Of a DNA stretch of 64,000 bases, positions 1 to 11,231 are shown piece after piece; position 1 is the first letter of the stretch; every line of letters starts with the position of its first letter. The notes beneath the pieces were generated by a model that saw only the letters and a list, made by a program, of their open reading frames with translations, was not told where the DNA came from and made no database searches. The DNA is from Candidatus Cloacimonadota bacterium (GTDB lineage Bacteria; Cloacimonadota; Cloacimonadia; JGIOTU-2). A program made the position numbers and the translations under genes. The stretch spans positions 16,013 through 80,012 of the forward strand of contig JAUWMT010000001.1 of assembly GCA_030613025.1 (NCBI GenBank). Direction: 5' to 3'.

Positions 1-356
1 ACGGCGAAGATCAGTGTCCTCTTTTTTCTCCAGCAGACGCTTCTCTGCCCGTTCTTTTGCGCGCTCAGCTCTTTTTATATCAATGTCTTCAGGGCTCTCT
101 ATAGTCTCTGTGAAAACCCTTACCTTATCGACATCAACCATCACAAATCCATTCATTAAAGAATAGAGTTCCGGTTTATTGTTTTTATAAATTTTCAAGA
201 TGCCGGGTCTGACTGATGAGATAAATGGGGTGTGCCCGATCTGCACGCCGAAATCACCATCTGTTCCGGGTGCAACAATCTCGCTCACGTCATCTTCAAG
301 GAATATTCCTTTAGGAGTGACTATCTTCAAATGGAGTAATTGCGAATTATTAGCCA

Positions 357-357
<1 letters not shown>
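1..357 (-). CDS. atpC: ATP synthase F1 epsilon subunit. The gene is 3'-truncated at the window edge.
   Basis: The reverse-strand translation begins MANNSQLLHLKIVTPKGIFLEDDVSEIVAPGTDGDFGVQIGHTPFIS, which is typical of epsilon subunits. Its ATG at 355-357 overlaps the atpD stop in a TAATG arrangement, and it sits downstream of atpD in canonical operon order. Confidence 0.8.
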
Positions 358-2709
<2,352 letters not shown>

Positions 2710-2722
2710 AATTATCTTTCGC

Positions 2723-4411
2723 TTATGCTTCTTCGATTATTTCTTCTGCTATTACCTGATGTTCAAAGATGGTTTTCACCTTTTTGGATAATTCATGAAG
2801 CTGCTTTTCAACCTTTTCGGTCACACCTTCGGGCTTAATTAGTTCTTCCTGAAGCTTCTGATATTCTTTATCCATAATTTCGAAAAGCTCTGCCTGTACA
2901 TCCTGGATAATATCGACCGGTAGATCATCAAGATATCCTTCATAGCCCATAAAAATAATTGCTATCTGCTTAGCTACGGGAATTGGTTTATACTGTTCCT
3001 GTTTCAGGATTTCAACATATCGATATCCGCGATTGAGTTGATCCTGGGTATCTTTATCAAGTTCTGCGCCGAATTTTGCAAACGCTTCCAGTTCTCTGAA
3101 TTGTGCAAGTTCGATACGAAGTCTCCCTGCAACCTGCTTCATTGCTTTTATCTGTGCATTACCTCCAACCCTGGAAACCGAAAGAGCTGCATTGATCGCA
3201 GGACGCACGCCAGAGTAAAACAGCTTTGATTCAAGATATATCTGACCATCCGTAATTGAAATCACATTTGTAGGAATATATGCAGAAATATCGCTTGCCT
3301 GGGTTTCGATTATTGGTAACGCAGTGAGCGAGCCGCCTGTTTCCGGCAGCTTATACAGCTTATACTTATCTTCACCCAATTCTTTGAGATCTTTTTTTAG
3401 CTCTTCTGCACTCGATTTGATATGCAGCCGATATTCCTTTTTGTTCACGCCTTCTTTTGCACTCTTTTCATTTTTAGGTATAATAATATAAACCTCTTCA
3501 AGTTTAGATGCTCTCTCCAAAAGTCGTGAATGCAGATAGAATACATCTCCCGGATATGCTTCACGTCCGGGAGGTCTGCGAAGTAGGAGTGAAATCTGGC
3601 GATAGGCAACAGCATGTTTGGAAAGATCATCATAAACGACAAGAACGTGTTTTCCTCTATCGCGGAAATATTCGCCTATAGTTACACCGGAGTATGGAGC
3701 AATATATTGGATAGCAGCAGGATCAGATGCAGTTGCAGAAACAATTATCGTATAGTCCAGCGCACCGTGCTCTTTCAATGCCTCAACGACCTGGGCAACC
3801 GATGATCTCTTCTGACCAATTGCTACATAGATACAATAGACATTGGTATCTTTTTGATTTATTATCGTATCAACTGCAAGGGCTGTCTTTCCTGTTTGTC
3901 TGTCACCAATAATTAGTTCGCGCTGCCCGCGTCCAATTGGGATCATTGAATCGATCGCTTTCAGCCCGGACTGCAGCGGCTCTTTCACTGGTTGACGGGC
4001 AACCACACCGAGCGCTTTTCTTTCAACAGGCATGCTCAGCTTTGTTTTGATCGGCTCTTTTCCGTCAAGAGGTATTCCAAGCGGATTTACAATTCTTCCG
4101 AGCAACTCTTCGCCAACCGGAACCTGCACGATCTTCTTAGTCCGTTTGACAATATCACCTTCTTTGATCTTATCGCTCTCTCCAAGAATAATACAGCCGA
4201 CGTTATCCTCTTCCAGGTTCAGCGCCATACCGTATATTTCATCATTGAAAAGGACGAGTTCCGATGCCATGATATCCTGCAAGCCATATACACGTGCAAT
4301 ACCGTCACCGACTTCGATAACTCTGCCGACTTCGTCTATATCAACTTTATAGTTATACTTTTCAATCTTTTCTTTGATTATTCTACTGATTTCATCAGGT
4401 TGTATTTTCAT
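2723..4411 (-). CDS. atpA: ATP synthase F1 alpha subunit, carrying an internal insertion of about 38 aa
   Basis: The Walker A motif GDRQTGKT is present, together with the conserved stretches HSRLLERA and [13 protein letters not shown]. The protein is 562 aa against the usual ~505 aa. Confidence 0.93.
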   Translation of the reverse strand: MKIQPDEISRIIKEKIEKYNYKVDIDEVGRVIEVGDGIARVYGLQDIMASELVLFNDEIYGMALNLEEDNVGCIILGESDKIKEGDIVKRTKKIVQVPVGEELLGRIVNPLGIPLDGKEPIKTKLSMPVERKALGVVARQPVKEPLQSGLKAIDSMIPIGRGQRELIIGDRQTGKTALAVDTIINQKDTNVYCIYVAIGQKRSSVAQVVEALKEHGALDYTIIVSATASDPAAIQYIAPYSGVTIGEYFRDRGKHVLVVYDDLSKHAVAYRQISLLLRRPPGREAYPGDVFYLHSRLLERASKLEEVYIIIPKNEKSAKEGVNKKEYRLHIKSSAEELKKDLKELGEDKYKLYKLPETGGSLTALPIIETQASDISAYIPTNVISITDGQIYLESKLFYSGVRPAINAALSVSRVGGNAQIKAMKQVAGRLRIELAQFRELEAFAKFGAELDKDTQDQLNRGYRYVEILKQEQYKPIPVAKQIAIIFMGYEGYLDDLPVDIIQDVQAELFEIMDKEYQKLQEELIKPEGVTEKVEKQLHELSKKVKTIFEHQVIAEEIIEEA

Positions 4412-4440
4412 AATACTCCTAAAATGATCTGCTTCATATA

Positions 4441-4971
4441 TTAAAACTTCCTTCTCATCGCTTCCAGATTATTTCTGATCGATGCATTGATCGCCAGTTC
4501 ATCATTGTATGCAAAAAAACCGCCTTTGATGTGCGGATCGATCTTATGCTGAAAAAGTACTTTCCCATCAACATATTTTGAAATAAAAATTTTAATGTTT
4601 TCAAGAGTTTTTTCATCAACCTCATGGGCAGTTACAAGTTCAAAATCGAAGATGCCAAGCTTCTGATGTATCTGTCTGATTATTTCCTTTAGAATGTATG
4701 ATATAAAGAAAATTCTTTCCTTCTCGACAAGTACATTCAGAAAATTATGCAGTATATCAGAAGCTTCGAGCTCTTCAGCAATAAGAGCAATAATTTCTTT
4801 TTTATGCTCATCTTCTACGATTGGTGAAACCAAAAATTCTTGAATCTTCGGTTCATCTTTCATAATGGTTTGCAAGGCAATGATCTCATTCTCAAGTTGT
4901 GGTAGATCTTCTTTCTTAATAAGCTCAAGAAGTGCTGATGAGTATCGTCTTGCAATGATATTCTTAATCAA
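4441..4971 (-). CDS. atpH: ATP synthase delta (OSCP) subunit
   Basis: A 176-aa protein that begins [12 protein letters not shown], in the style of OSCP subunits. It lies between the b and alpha genes. Confidence 0.8.
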   Translation of the reverse strand: MIKNIIARRYSSALLELIKKEDLPQLENEIIALQTIMKDEPKIQEFLVSPIVEDEHKKEIIALIAEELEASDILHNFLNVLVEKERIFFISYILKEIIRQIHQKLGIFDFELVTAHEVDEKTLENIKIFISKYVDGKVLFQHKIDPHIKGGFFAYNDELAINASIRNNLEAMRRKF

Positions 4972-5464
4972 CAGACGACTCCTTTTTGCTGCTCTCTTCT
5001 TTTATCATCTCGTTAATGAGATTAATGTCTTCATCTTCAGTAAGCTTCTTGCCGATCATCTTATCTGTCAACTCAATGACGAAGTCTCCGATCTGAGTTT
5101 GAATGCTTTCTTTTGCTTTATTCACTTCAACATCTATCACTTCCTGTGCTTCCTGAATTATCACATCTCGCTGCTCTGCTGCATCATGCAGAATTTGCTC
5201 ACCCTGAATTTTCGCAATTTTTTTCGATTCGTCTCGGATATCTCTGGCTTCTTCTTTTGCTTTTATGAGTAATTCTTTCTGCTTTTCAAGAATCTTTTCA
5301 GACTTGTCTTTATGCTCTTTTGCGCTTTTTAGGTCTTCTCGTATCTGAGATTCTCTCTTGTTTATATAATCCATAAGCGGCTTATATAAGAGCTTTTTCA
5401 TGATAATCAGCAAAATAATGAAATTCACGATTACCAGAATAAGCGTATAATCAATACTAACCAT
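4964..5464 (-). CDS. atpF: ATP synthase F0 b subunit
   Basis: An N-terminal transmembrane helix is followed by a long charged coiled coil. The protein is 166 aa and lies between the c and delta genes. Confidence 0.8.
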   Translation of the reverse strand: MVSIDYTLILVIVNFIILLIIMKKLLYKPLMDYINKRESQIREDLKSAKEHKDKSEKILEKQKELLIKAKEEARDIRDESKKIAKIQGEQILHDAAEQRDVIIQEAQEVIDVEVNKAKESIQTQIGDFVIELTDKMIGKKLTEDEDINLINEMIKEESSKKESSVD

Positions 5465-5503
5465 ACTTAAGACTCCTTCCCGATATTTCGGGAGTGCTTG
5501 TGC

Positions 5504-5743
5504 TTACACTGCGAAAATAAGTAACAGGGAAATGACCAGTGAATAAATACCTGTTGATTCTGACACTGCCTGACCTACAAGCATTGTTCTTGTGAGCAGT
5601 CCTGCGTTTTCCGGAGAACGTGCAATGCCTTCGCATGCCTTTCCTGCGGTAAAACCTTCACCGATTCCAGGTCCGATTGCACCGAATCCCATACAAATAC
5701 CAGCACCTAATAATGCTGCCGCTCTAATGATTTCACTTTCCAT
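5504..5743 (-). CDS. atpE: ATP synthase F0 c subunit (single hairpin), with a Na+-type site motif
   Basis: A 79-aa protein with a G-rich first helix GAIGPGIGEGFTAGKA and the loop ARSPE. The second helix reads GQAVSESTGIYSLV. That is almost identical to the Na+-binding c subunits of Propionigenium and Ilyobacter at the E/S/T...Y positions. Confidence 0.9.
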   Translation of the reverse strand: MESEIIRAAALLGAGICMGFGAIGPGIGEGFTAGKACEGIARSPENAGLLTRTMLVGQAVSESTGIYSLVISLLLIFAV

Positions 5744-5767
5744 GTATCCTCCTAATGGATCATAAAA

Positions 5768-6499
5768 TTATGCTACAAATAATAATAAAAATGCAATAAC
5801 TAATGCATATATCGATGTTGACTCTGACACTGCAGCGCCAACGAACATTGTTCTTACAAGTATTGATGACTGCTTTGGAAATCTACTGATACCGTCAACG
5901 GCTTTTCCTGCCACAATACCGATACCGAATCCAGGACCGAATGTGCCGAAACCCATTGCAAAAGCAGCACCGATAAAGGCAAATGATTTCACAATACTGT
6001 TCCCATCCGGTGTTGAATAAAGAAGAAGCATCGCAATAACCAAAGCAAAGATAGCTGACGTTTCTGAAAGCGCCTGCCCGATAAGCATATTTGCAGTCAG
6101 CACCTTTGACTCACGCGGCTGTCTGCCGATACCCTGGCACGCTTGCCCTCCTGCATAACCGATACCAAGACCTGTTCCCAAACTTCCTGCTCCCATCACA
6201 AGTCCTGCGCCGAATAAAGAAGCAATTCTCTGCCAACCCGCATCAGGAACTATAGAGCCGCCAAAAAGAAGAAGCATCGCAATTACAAGTGCGAAGATAG
6301 CTCCGGTCTCTGTAATTGCCTGTGCAATGAGCATTGTTCGGAGAAGTATATCGTTAGATTTCGGTTGCTTCATCATCGCGATATTCGCATTACCTGCAAT
6401 ATAACCTTCTCCTATACCAGCGCCTATTGACGAAATACCAACTGCAAGCCCTGCGCCAAGATATGCTGCAACGTGTACTAAGCTAAAAGTATCAAACAT
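5768..6499 (-). CDS. Fused triple-hairpin ATP synthase c subunit (three tandem c-subunit repeats in one polypeptide)
   Basis: The 243-aa protein consists of three consecutive c-subunit hairpins of about 80 aa each. Each hairpin has a GxGxGxG first helix, an RQP/RFP loop, and a second helix that carries the conserved Glu: TETGAIFALV, SETSAIFALV and SESTSIYALV. Confidence 0.85.
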   Translation of the reverse strand: MFDTFSLVHVAAYLGAGLAVGISSIGAGIGEGYIAGNANIAMMKQPKSNDILLRTMLIAQAITETGAIFALVIAMLLLFGGSIVPDAGWQRIASLFGAGLVMGAGSLGTGLGIGYAGGQACQGIGRQPRESKVLTANMLIGQALSETSAIFALVIAMLLLYSTPDGNSIVKSFAFIGAAFAMGFGTFGPGFGIGIVAGKAVDGISRFPKQSSILVRTMFVGAAVSESTSIYALVIAFLLLFVA

Positions 6500-6500
6500 A

Positions 6501-7331
6501 TTATTTTATTGCCACTGCCGTATAAGACAGCACAAGCATTGTGAACACAAATGCCTGCACCGTTCCGATGAACAAACCAAAAAACAGATTAAGACCAACC
6601 GGAATGAGAATAAAACGTGTAAGATTAGACACAACAAGTATGATGATCGCACCACCAAGAATATTTCCAAAAAGACGGAAGGAGAGAGAAATGCCCTTTG
6701 CAAGTTCACCAACGATATTAATGGGAAGCATAAAAGCGATCGGCTCTGCGTATTCTTTCAGATACAGTTTGATGCCTTTTTCTTTAATTGCCGAGTAATG
6801 AACGACAATAAGCGCCATAATCCCGAGCCCAAGTGGAACATTTAAATTTCTTGTTGGTTCAAGATTTCCCGGAATGGGGATCAAACCGACAATATTACAC
6901 AACCAGATAAAAACGAAAATCGTAAAAATATAAGGAGTAAAATATTTCTTTTTCTCTCCGACAGTTTCTATCACAAGACTGGAAAAGAAAGAGTATATCA
7001 TCTCGGCAACGATCTGCAATTTCCCTGGTATCAGGTGCATTTTCCGTCTGACGAGTGCTGCAAATAATATCAGGAAAAGATCAACGAAAAGAATAACGCG
7101 CAGGACACTCCAATTTATGGTAAATTTCCTAAAAAGTTTTATCATATGATATTGCTGAAATTCGTGATTTATCTGGTCTTGAATTGATTTTTCGCTTTCA
7201 ATATTTCGAATTACAAATTTACCTTCATCAAATCCGAATTGAAGCTCATGATTAAGTCCAATAGACAGAATCCCCTCAATAATGATTATTGCGAGAATGA
7301 TAAGTAGTGCTTTCTTGGACTTTTTTTTCAT
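6501..7331 (-). CDS. atpB: ATP synthase F0 a subunit
   Basis: The motif SLSFRLFGNILGG carries the essential Arg. The protein is polytopic, 276 aa, and sits in the operon position immediately upstream of the c genes. Confidence 0.9.
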   Translation of the reverse strand: MKKKSKKALLIILAIIIIEGILSIGLNHELQFGFDEGKFVIRNIESEKSIQDQINHEFQQYHMIKLFRKFTINWSVLRVILFVDLFLILFAALVRRKMHLIPGKLQIVAEMIYSFFSSLVIETVGEKKKYFTPYIFTIFVFIWLCNIVGLIPIPGNLEPTRNLNVPLGLGIMALIVVHYSAIKEKGIKLYLKEYAEPIAFMLPINIVGELAKGISLSFRLFGNILGGAIIILVVSNLTRFILIPVGLNLFFGLFIGTVQAFVFTMLVLSYTAVAIK

Positions 7332-7349
7332 ATAATAAATTTTAGATTA

Positions 7350-7733
7350 TTAAGATTCTTGATTATTTTTTCCTGCAAGAATACCATCGACGAGAACGAT
7401 AGCCGGAGCGATCAGCAAACCTGCAAGAAGAGAAAAAATATTTACTTCCAAAAATTTCACAAAAACGACTACAAAAACAACCAATATCAAATAGCGGATA
7501 TAGAAATTTTTGAAAACACTTAATTTCGCACCCGAGGGACTTAGTCCCACTCGATTTTCTGCACCCTTTGCCTGAAAATAAAAATTCAAACTTGAAAGAA
7601 TTGAACCAAGCAAATAGCCCAACCAAAGCTTCAAGTTTTGTGTGATAAGCAAAAGGGCTGGAATCTGTGTCAAGAAAATAACCCATAGAATATGATATAC
7701 ATATTTCCGAAAACTATTTGTCTGAATTTTCAT
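7350..7733 (-). CDS. atpI: AtpI-like small membrane protein (ATP synthase protein I)
   Basis: A 127-aa protein with about four transmembrane helices, directly upstream of atpB on the same strand. Confidence 0.5.
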   Translation of the reverse strand: MKIQTNSFRKYVYHILWVIFLTQIPALLLITQNLKLWLGYLLGSILSSLNFYFQAKGAENRVGLSPSGAKLSVFKNFYIRYLILVVFVVVFVKFLEVNIFSLLAGLLIAPAIVLVDGILAGKNNQES

Positions 7734-7950
7734 TTTTTTTGATAAGCTGGTAACATGAAAAGGCGCCGGAAACTACTCCACAAAAAATGCCGATTATTAT
7801 TGGAATTCCTCCAAGATTCCACTTTTTATCTATAAACAAACCGATAAAGAAAAAAATAAGAATGTTGATCACCATTGTGAGACCGAGCTGTGCTACAAGC
7901 CCGAGCCCTTCAAAAACCTCCTTATAATACCTCTTATTCTTCAACGACAT
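7714..7950 (-). CDS. atpZ: AtpZ-like small membrane protein (the family described as putative F0F1-ATPase subunit Ca2+/Mg2+ transporter)
   Basis: A 78-aa protein with two transmembrane helices and a GLGLVAQLGLTMV...GGIPIIIGIFCG pattern. It is the first gene of the atp operon. Confidence 0.45.
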   Translation of the reverse strand: MSLKNKRYYKEVFEGLGLVAQLGLTMVINILIFFFIGLFIDKKWNLGGIPIIIGIFCGVVSGAFSCYQLIKKNENSDK

Positions 7951-7955
7951 AGAGT

Positions 7956-8327
7956 TTATTTTTCTTTAGCTTTTTTGGTGCTTTTGGCAGTTTCGACCTG
8001 TTTGACACTACAATTCCCGCTAATCTGTGTTCCCGATTCCATAGAAAGGATCTTGGCAATAATGTCACCATTAATGAGCGCTGAACTTTTCAGTTCTAAT
8101 TTTTTTTCTATTGTGATATTCCCCTCAACCTTCCCGGAAATGATCGCTTCATCTGATTGAATGTCTGCTTTTATATTTGCCTTTTCTCCGATAAGTAAAA
8201 AGCCATCGCAGATTATCTTTCCATCTACTTCGCCATCAATACGAACACCGCCCTCAGAATGAATTTCTCCATTTAACTTCGTATATTCTCCAATAATAGT
8301 ATCCAGTTTATTTTCTCCGTTTTTCAC
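7956..8327 (-). CDS. Bactofilin (polymer-forming cytoskeletal protein)
   Basis: A 123-aa protein with a repetitive beta-helix signature (G.V.I.G.V.G.I..G). A Lys-rich tail is typical of bactofilins. Confidence 0.75.
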   Translation of the reverse strand: MKNGENKLDTIIGEYTKLNGEIHSEGGVRIDGEVDGKIICDGFLLIGEKANIKADIQSDEAIISGKVEGNITIEKKLELKSSALINGDIIAKILSMESGTQISGNCSVKQVETAKSTKKAKEK

Positions 8328-8340
8328 GAAAACCTCCGTC

Positions 8341-8997
8341 TCATTTTATTTTTGATTCCGGATTGATATTTTTATTATAATATAAAATTTCAAAGTGCAG
8401 ATGCGGAGCAGAACTTATGCCTGTATTTCCTACCTCTGCTATCTGCTCTCCCTTGCGCACAAAGCTTCCCACCCTCACGTTTATGTAGGAATTGTGGCCA
8501 TACCTTGTTTTATAACCATTCAGGTGATCCAACACCAAAATCTTCCCATAAATATCATCATTAAGAACAATTGTTTCAACCACTCCAGATGCCGCAGCAT
8601 AAACCGGTTCGCCAACTTTGCCTGCAAGGTCAATGCCGTAGTGATTCCTCTTTGGTAAATAGGGTTTTGTGAGTATCAGTTCAGCAAGTGGGCAGAAATT
8701 GGGGATATATTGCTGATAATTGACAAATTCTCTCATTGCATCATCAAGCTCTTTCTCGTGCAAATCAATATTATCCAAATCTTTTGAAGGAGTTACCGGT
8801 TTTTTTGTTGCTGTGGGCATTGACGCAATAACGTCTTCGAGTTGTTTGACCTTGAGATCCAAACCCTGCTTTTCCTGCTTCAAAATATCATTCTTTGAAG
8901 AAAGGTCGTTTATAAGATATAGCGATACGCCGATATACGACGCGACAACAATGATAATAATGACTGAAAGAAAAACTACTACTCTTCTATGTTTCAT
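8341..8997 (-). CDS. M23 family metallopeptidase (LytM domain) with an N-terminal transmembrane helix and coiled coil
   Basis: An N-terminal transmembrane helix and coiled coil are followed by a C-terminal domain with HxxxD-like and HLHFEI motifs (GHNSYINV ... SAPHLHFEILY). Confidence 0.8.
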   Translation of the reverse strand: MKHRRVVVFLSVIIIIVVASYIGVSLYLINDLSSKNDILKQEKQGLDLKVKQLEDVIASMPTATKKPVTPSKDLDNIDLHEKELDDAMREFVNYQQYIPNFCPLAELILTKPYLPKRNHYGIDLAGKVGEPVYAAASGVVETIVLNDDIYGKILVLDHLNGYKTRYGHNSYINVRVGSFVRKGEQIAEVGNTGISSAPHLHFEILYYNKNINPESKIK

Positions 8998-9824
8998 TTT
9001 GTTTGAAGTATCATATTGAGGATCTTTTCAAATTCATCCTCAGAATGGTAATAGATCTCAAATTTGCCTTTTTTATAGCCCTTTATTTTCACTCTTGTTC
9101 CAAACCTCTTCTCAAGGTCGTGTTCAAGAGCGACTAAATGGATATCCCTTCTTGCAGGTTTTTTCTCTTTATTAAAATTCTCAAACCGCTTTGATAACAT
9201 TTCTGCATTGTGTACGGAAATTTCGTGTTTCGCGATATATTTTGCGAAATCTATTTGCAGAGATTGGTCGACCTGTAGAATTGCACGAGCATGTCCGGCA
9301 GAAAGGATATCTTCTTTTATCATTTCAATAATCGGTTTCGGTAATTTTAAAATTCTTAATGCATTGGTTATCGCTACTCTGCTTTTACCGACAATGTATG
9401 CAATTTTCTCATGCGTGTATTTGAATTCATCCACAAACCGCTGATACGCCATTGCTTCATCAACAGCGTTGAGGTTCTCTCTTTGTATATTCTCCACAAG
9501 TGCGAGTATGAGCATTTCCTGATCTTTTGCTGTGCGAACTATTGCAGGCACCTTTGCAAATCCGGCTATTTGAGCAGCAGTTAATCGACGCTGACCGGCT
9601 ATGAGTTCATATTTATCTTTTCCTGCTTTTCGCACAATTATCGGCTGAATTATGCCATTTTCGGTTATTGAATCTGCCAGCTCCTGCAACTGTTTCTTAT
9701 TGATGGATTTTCTCGGCTGAAAGGGATTGAAAGATATATTTTCAATTGTTATCAGCTTTACGCCGGTTTTATCATCTTCATCAATTTGAACAAGTGCTTC
9801 CAAACCTTTTCCAAGTTTACTCAT
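8994..9824 (-). CDS. parB: Chromosome partitioning protein ParB
   Basis: Contains the ParB box GQRRLTAAQIAG, the N-terminal stretch ISFNPFQPRK, and an HTH. It overlaps parA by 4 nt. Confidence 0.9.
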   Translation of the reverse strand: MSKLGKGLEALVQIDEDDKTGVKLITIENISFNPFQPRKSINKKQLQELADSITENGIIQPIIVRKAGKDKYELIAGQRRLTAAQIAGFAKVPAIVRTAKDQEMLILALVENIQRENLNAVDEAMAYQRFVDEFKYTHEKIAYIVGKSRVAITNALRILKLPKPIIEMIKEDILSAGHARAILQVDQSLQIDFAKYIAKHEISVHNAEMLSKRFENFNKEKKPARRDIHLVALEHDLEKRFGTRVKIKGYKKGKFEIYYHSEDEFEKILNMILQTK

Positions 9825-10597
9825 GCGACTTCCTTTCCATCTTTTTTTAACACTTCCAGCGCAAGACGTAGATAATTTTGTGCTCCACGCGAACTTATAT
9901 CATAGGTCAAGATCGGCTTGCCATAACTCGGTGCTTCACTCAATTTCACATTACGGTCAATTATTGTATCAAAAACTATGTTCTTAAAATACCTTCGAAC
10001 TTCCTTTGCAACCTGCTCGGCTAAGATTGTTCTTCTATCATACATGGTAATAACAATTCCAAAAATGGACAGATCGGGATTTAGTTTCCTCTTGATAAGC
10101 TGAATTGTCTTGAGCAATTGGGCGATTCCCTCGAGCGCATAATATTCTGATTGGATCGGAATAAGCAGATCGTTGCTCGCGACCATTGCGTTCACAGTCA
10201 AAATATTCAGAGACGGTGGACAATCTATAATAATGTAATCAAATTTTCCATCAATATTTGAAAGCACTCTTTTCAACCGTTGCTCTTTCTTATCTGCTGT
10301 CAGGAGCTCCACTTCACAGCCAATGAGATCTATCGAAGATGGAATGATGCGCAGGTTGGCAATGCTTGTTTCATGTATTGAATCATAAACATTAGAATCT
10401 CCAAGCAAAAGATCGTATATCTGTCCATCGACGGAATGTTTATCTATTCCGATTCCGCTTGTGCAGTTTGCCTGCGGATCGAGGTCGATAAGCAGCACTT
10501 TTTGCCCGTATGACGCAAGAGAAGCAGCAAGATTAATAGCTGTTGTGGTCTTGCCGACGCCACCTTTTTGATTCGTGATCGCGAGTGCTTTAGCCAT
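9821..10597 (-). CDS. parA: Chromosome partitioning ATPase ParA
   Basis: Carries the deviant Walker A motif KGGVGKTTTAINLAA. The protein is 258 aa. Confidence 0.9.
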   Translation of the reverse strand: MAKALAITNQKGGVGKTTTAINLAASLASYGQKVLLIDLDPQANCTSGIGIDKHSVDGQIYDLLLGDSNVYDSIHETSIANLRIIPSSIDLIGCEVELLTADKKEQRLKRVLSNIDGKFDYIIIDCPPSLNILTVNAMVASNDLLIPIQSEYYALEGIAQLLKTIQLIKRKLNPDLSIFGIVITMYDRRTILAEQVAKEVRRYFKNIVFDTIIDRNVKLSEAPSYGKPILTYDISSRGAQNYLRLALEVLKKDGKEVA

Positions 10598-11231
10598 GTT
10601 TCTTTACTATTATTAAAGCTCTTTTGCCGAGCCCTGAATACTCTTTTCTGATTATTTCTGTTTTCTCACAATCCTTATACTGGTTAATCTTGTCAACTTC
10701 ATCATTATTAACCTTTGATTTATATAATATGAGTTTCCCCGAAGGTTTTAGAAGCTCAAATGCCTTCATGAAATATTCATCATTCATTTTCACTGCACGC
10801 ACAACAATGTAATCAAAACTACTGTGAAGAGTGCTGTTCAAGTCTTCAAATCGCGAGTGGATTATAGTCGTTCTTGACAGGTTAAGCTCCTGTTTTATCA
10901 ATCTAAGAAATAATACTTTCTTTCTGATTGATTCTATGCAGAATAATCCCATTGAAGGAAAAATTATTTTGAGAGGGATACCCGGGAATCCACCACCGCT
11001 TCCAAAATCCAGAACTCGAGAATTGCTAAAATCGAGAAAATCAGTAATAAGAATTGAATCAAGAAAATGTGTGAGCCAGATATTTTCAAGAGATCTTTCT
11101 GAAACCAGATTTATTTTTTTGTTTTTTTCTCGTAGGATTTTTTCATACAAAACAAACAAGTTGTAAGCACCGTCTGGAATGCTGTGCTGTTTCAGAAAGT
11201 CATAAAACTGTTTTGATTTATTTTGCATCAA
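10590..11231 (-). CDS. rsmG: 16S rRNA m7G527 methyltransferase RsmG (GidB)
   Basis: The SAM-binding motif LDFGSGGGFPGIPL is present. The protein is 213 aa and sits between mnmG and parA. Confidence 0.85.
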   Translation of the reverse strand: MMQNKSKQFYDFLKQHSIPDGAYNLFVLYEKILREKNKKINLVSERSLENIWLTHFLDSILITDFLDFSNSRVLDFGSGGGFPGIPLKIIFPSMGLFCIESIRKKVLFLRLIKQELNLSRTTIIHSRFEDLNSTLHSSFDYIVVRAVKMNDEYFMKAFELLKPSGKLILYKSKVNNDEVDKINQYKDCEKTEIIRKEYSGLGKRALIIVKKHG

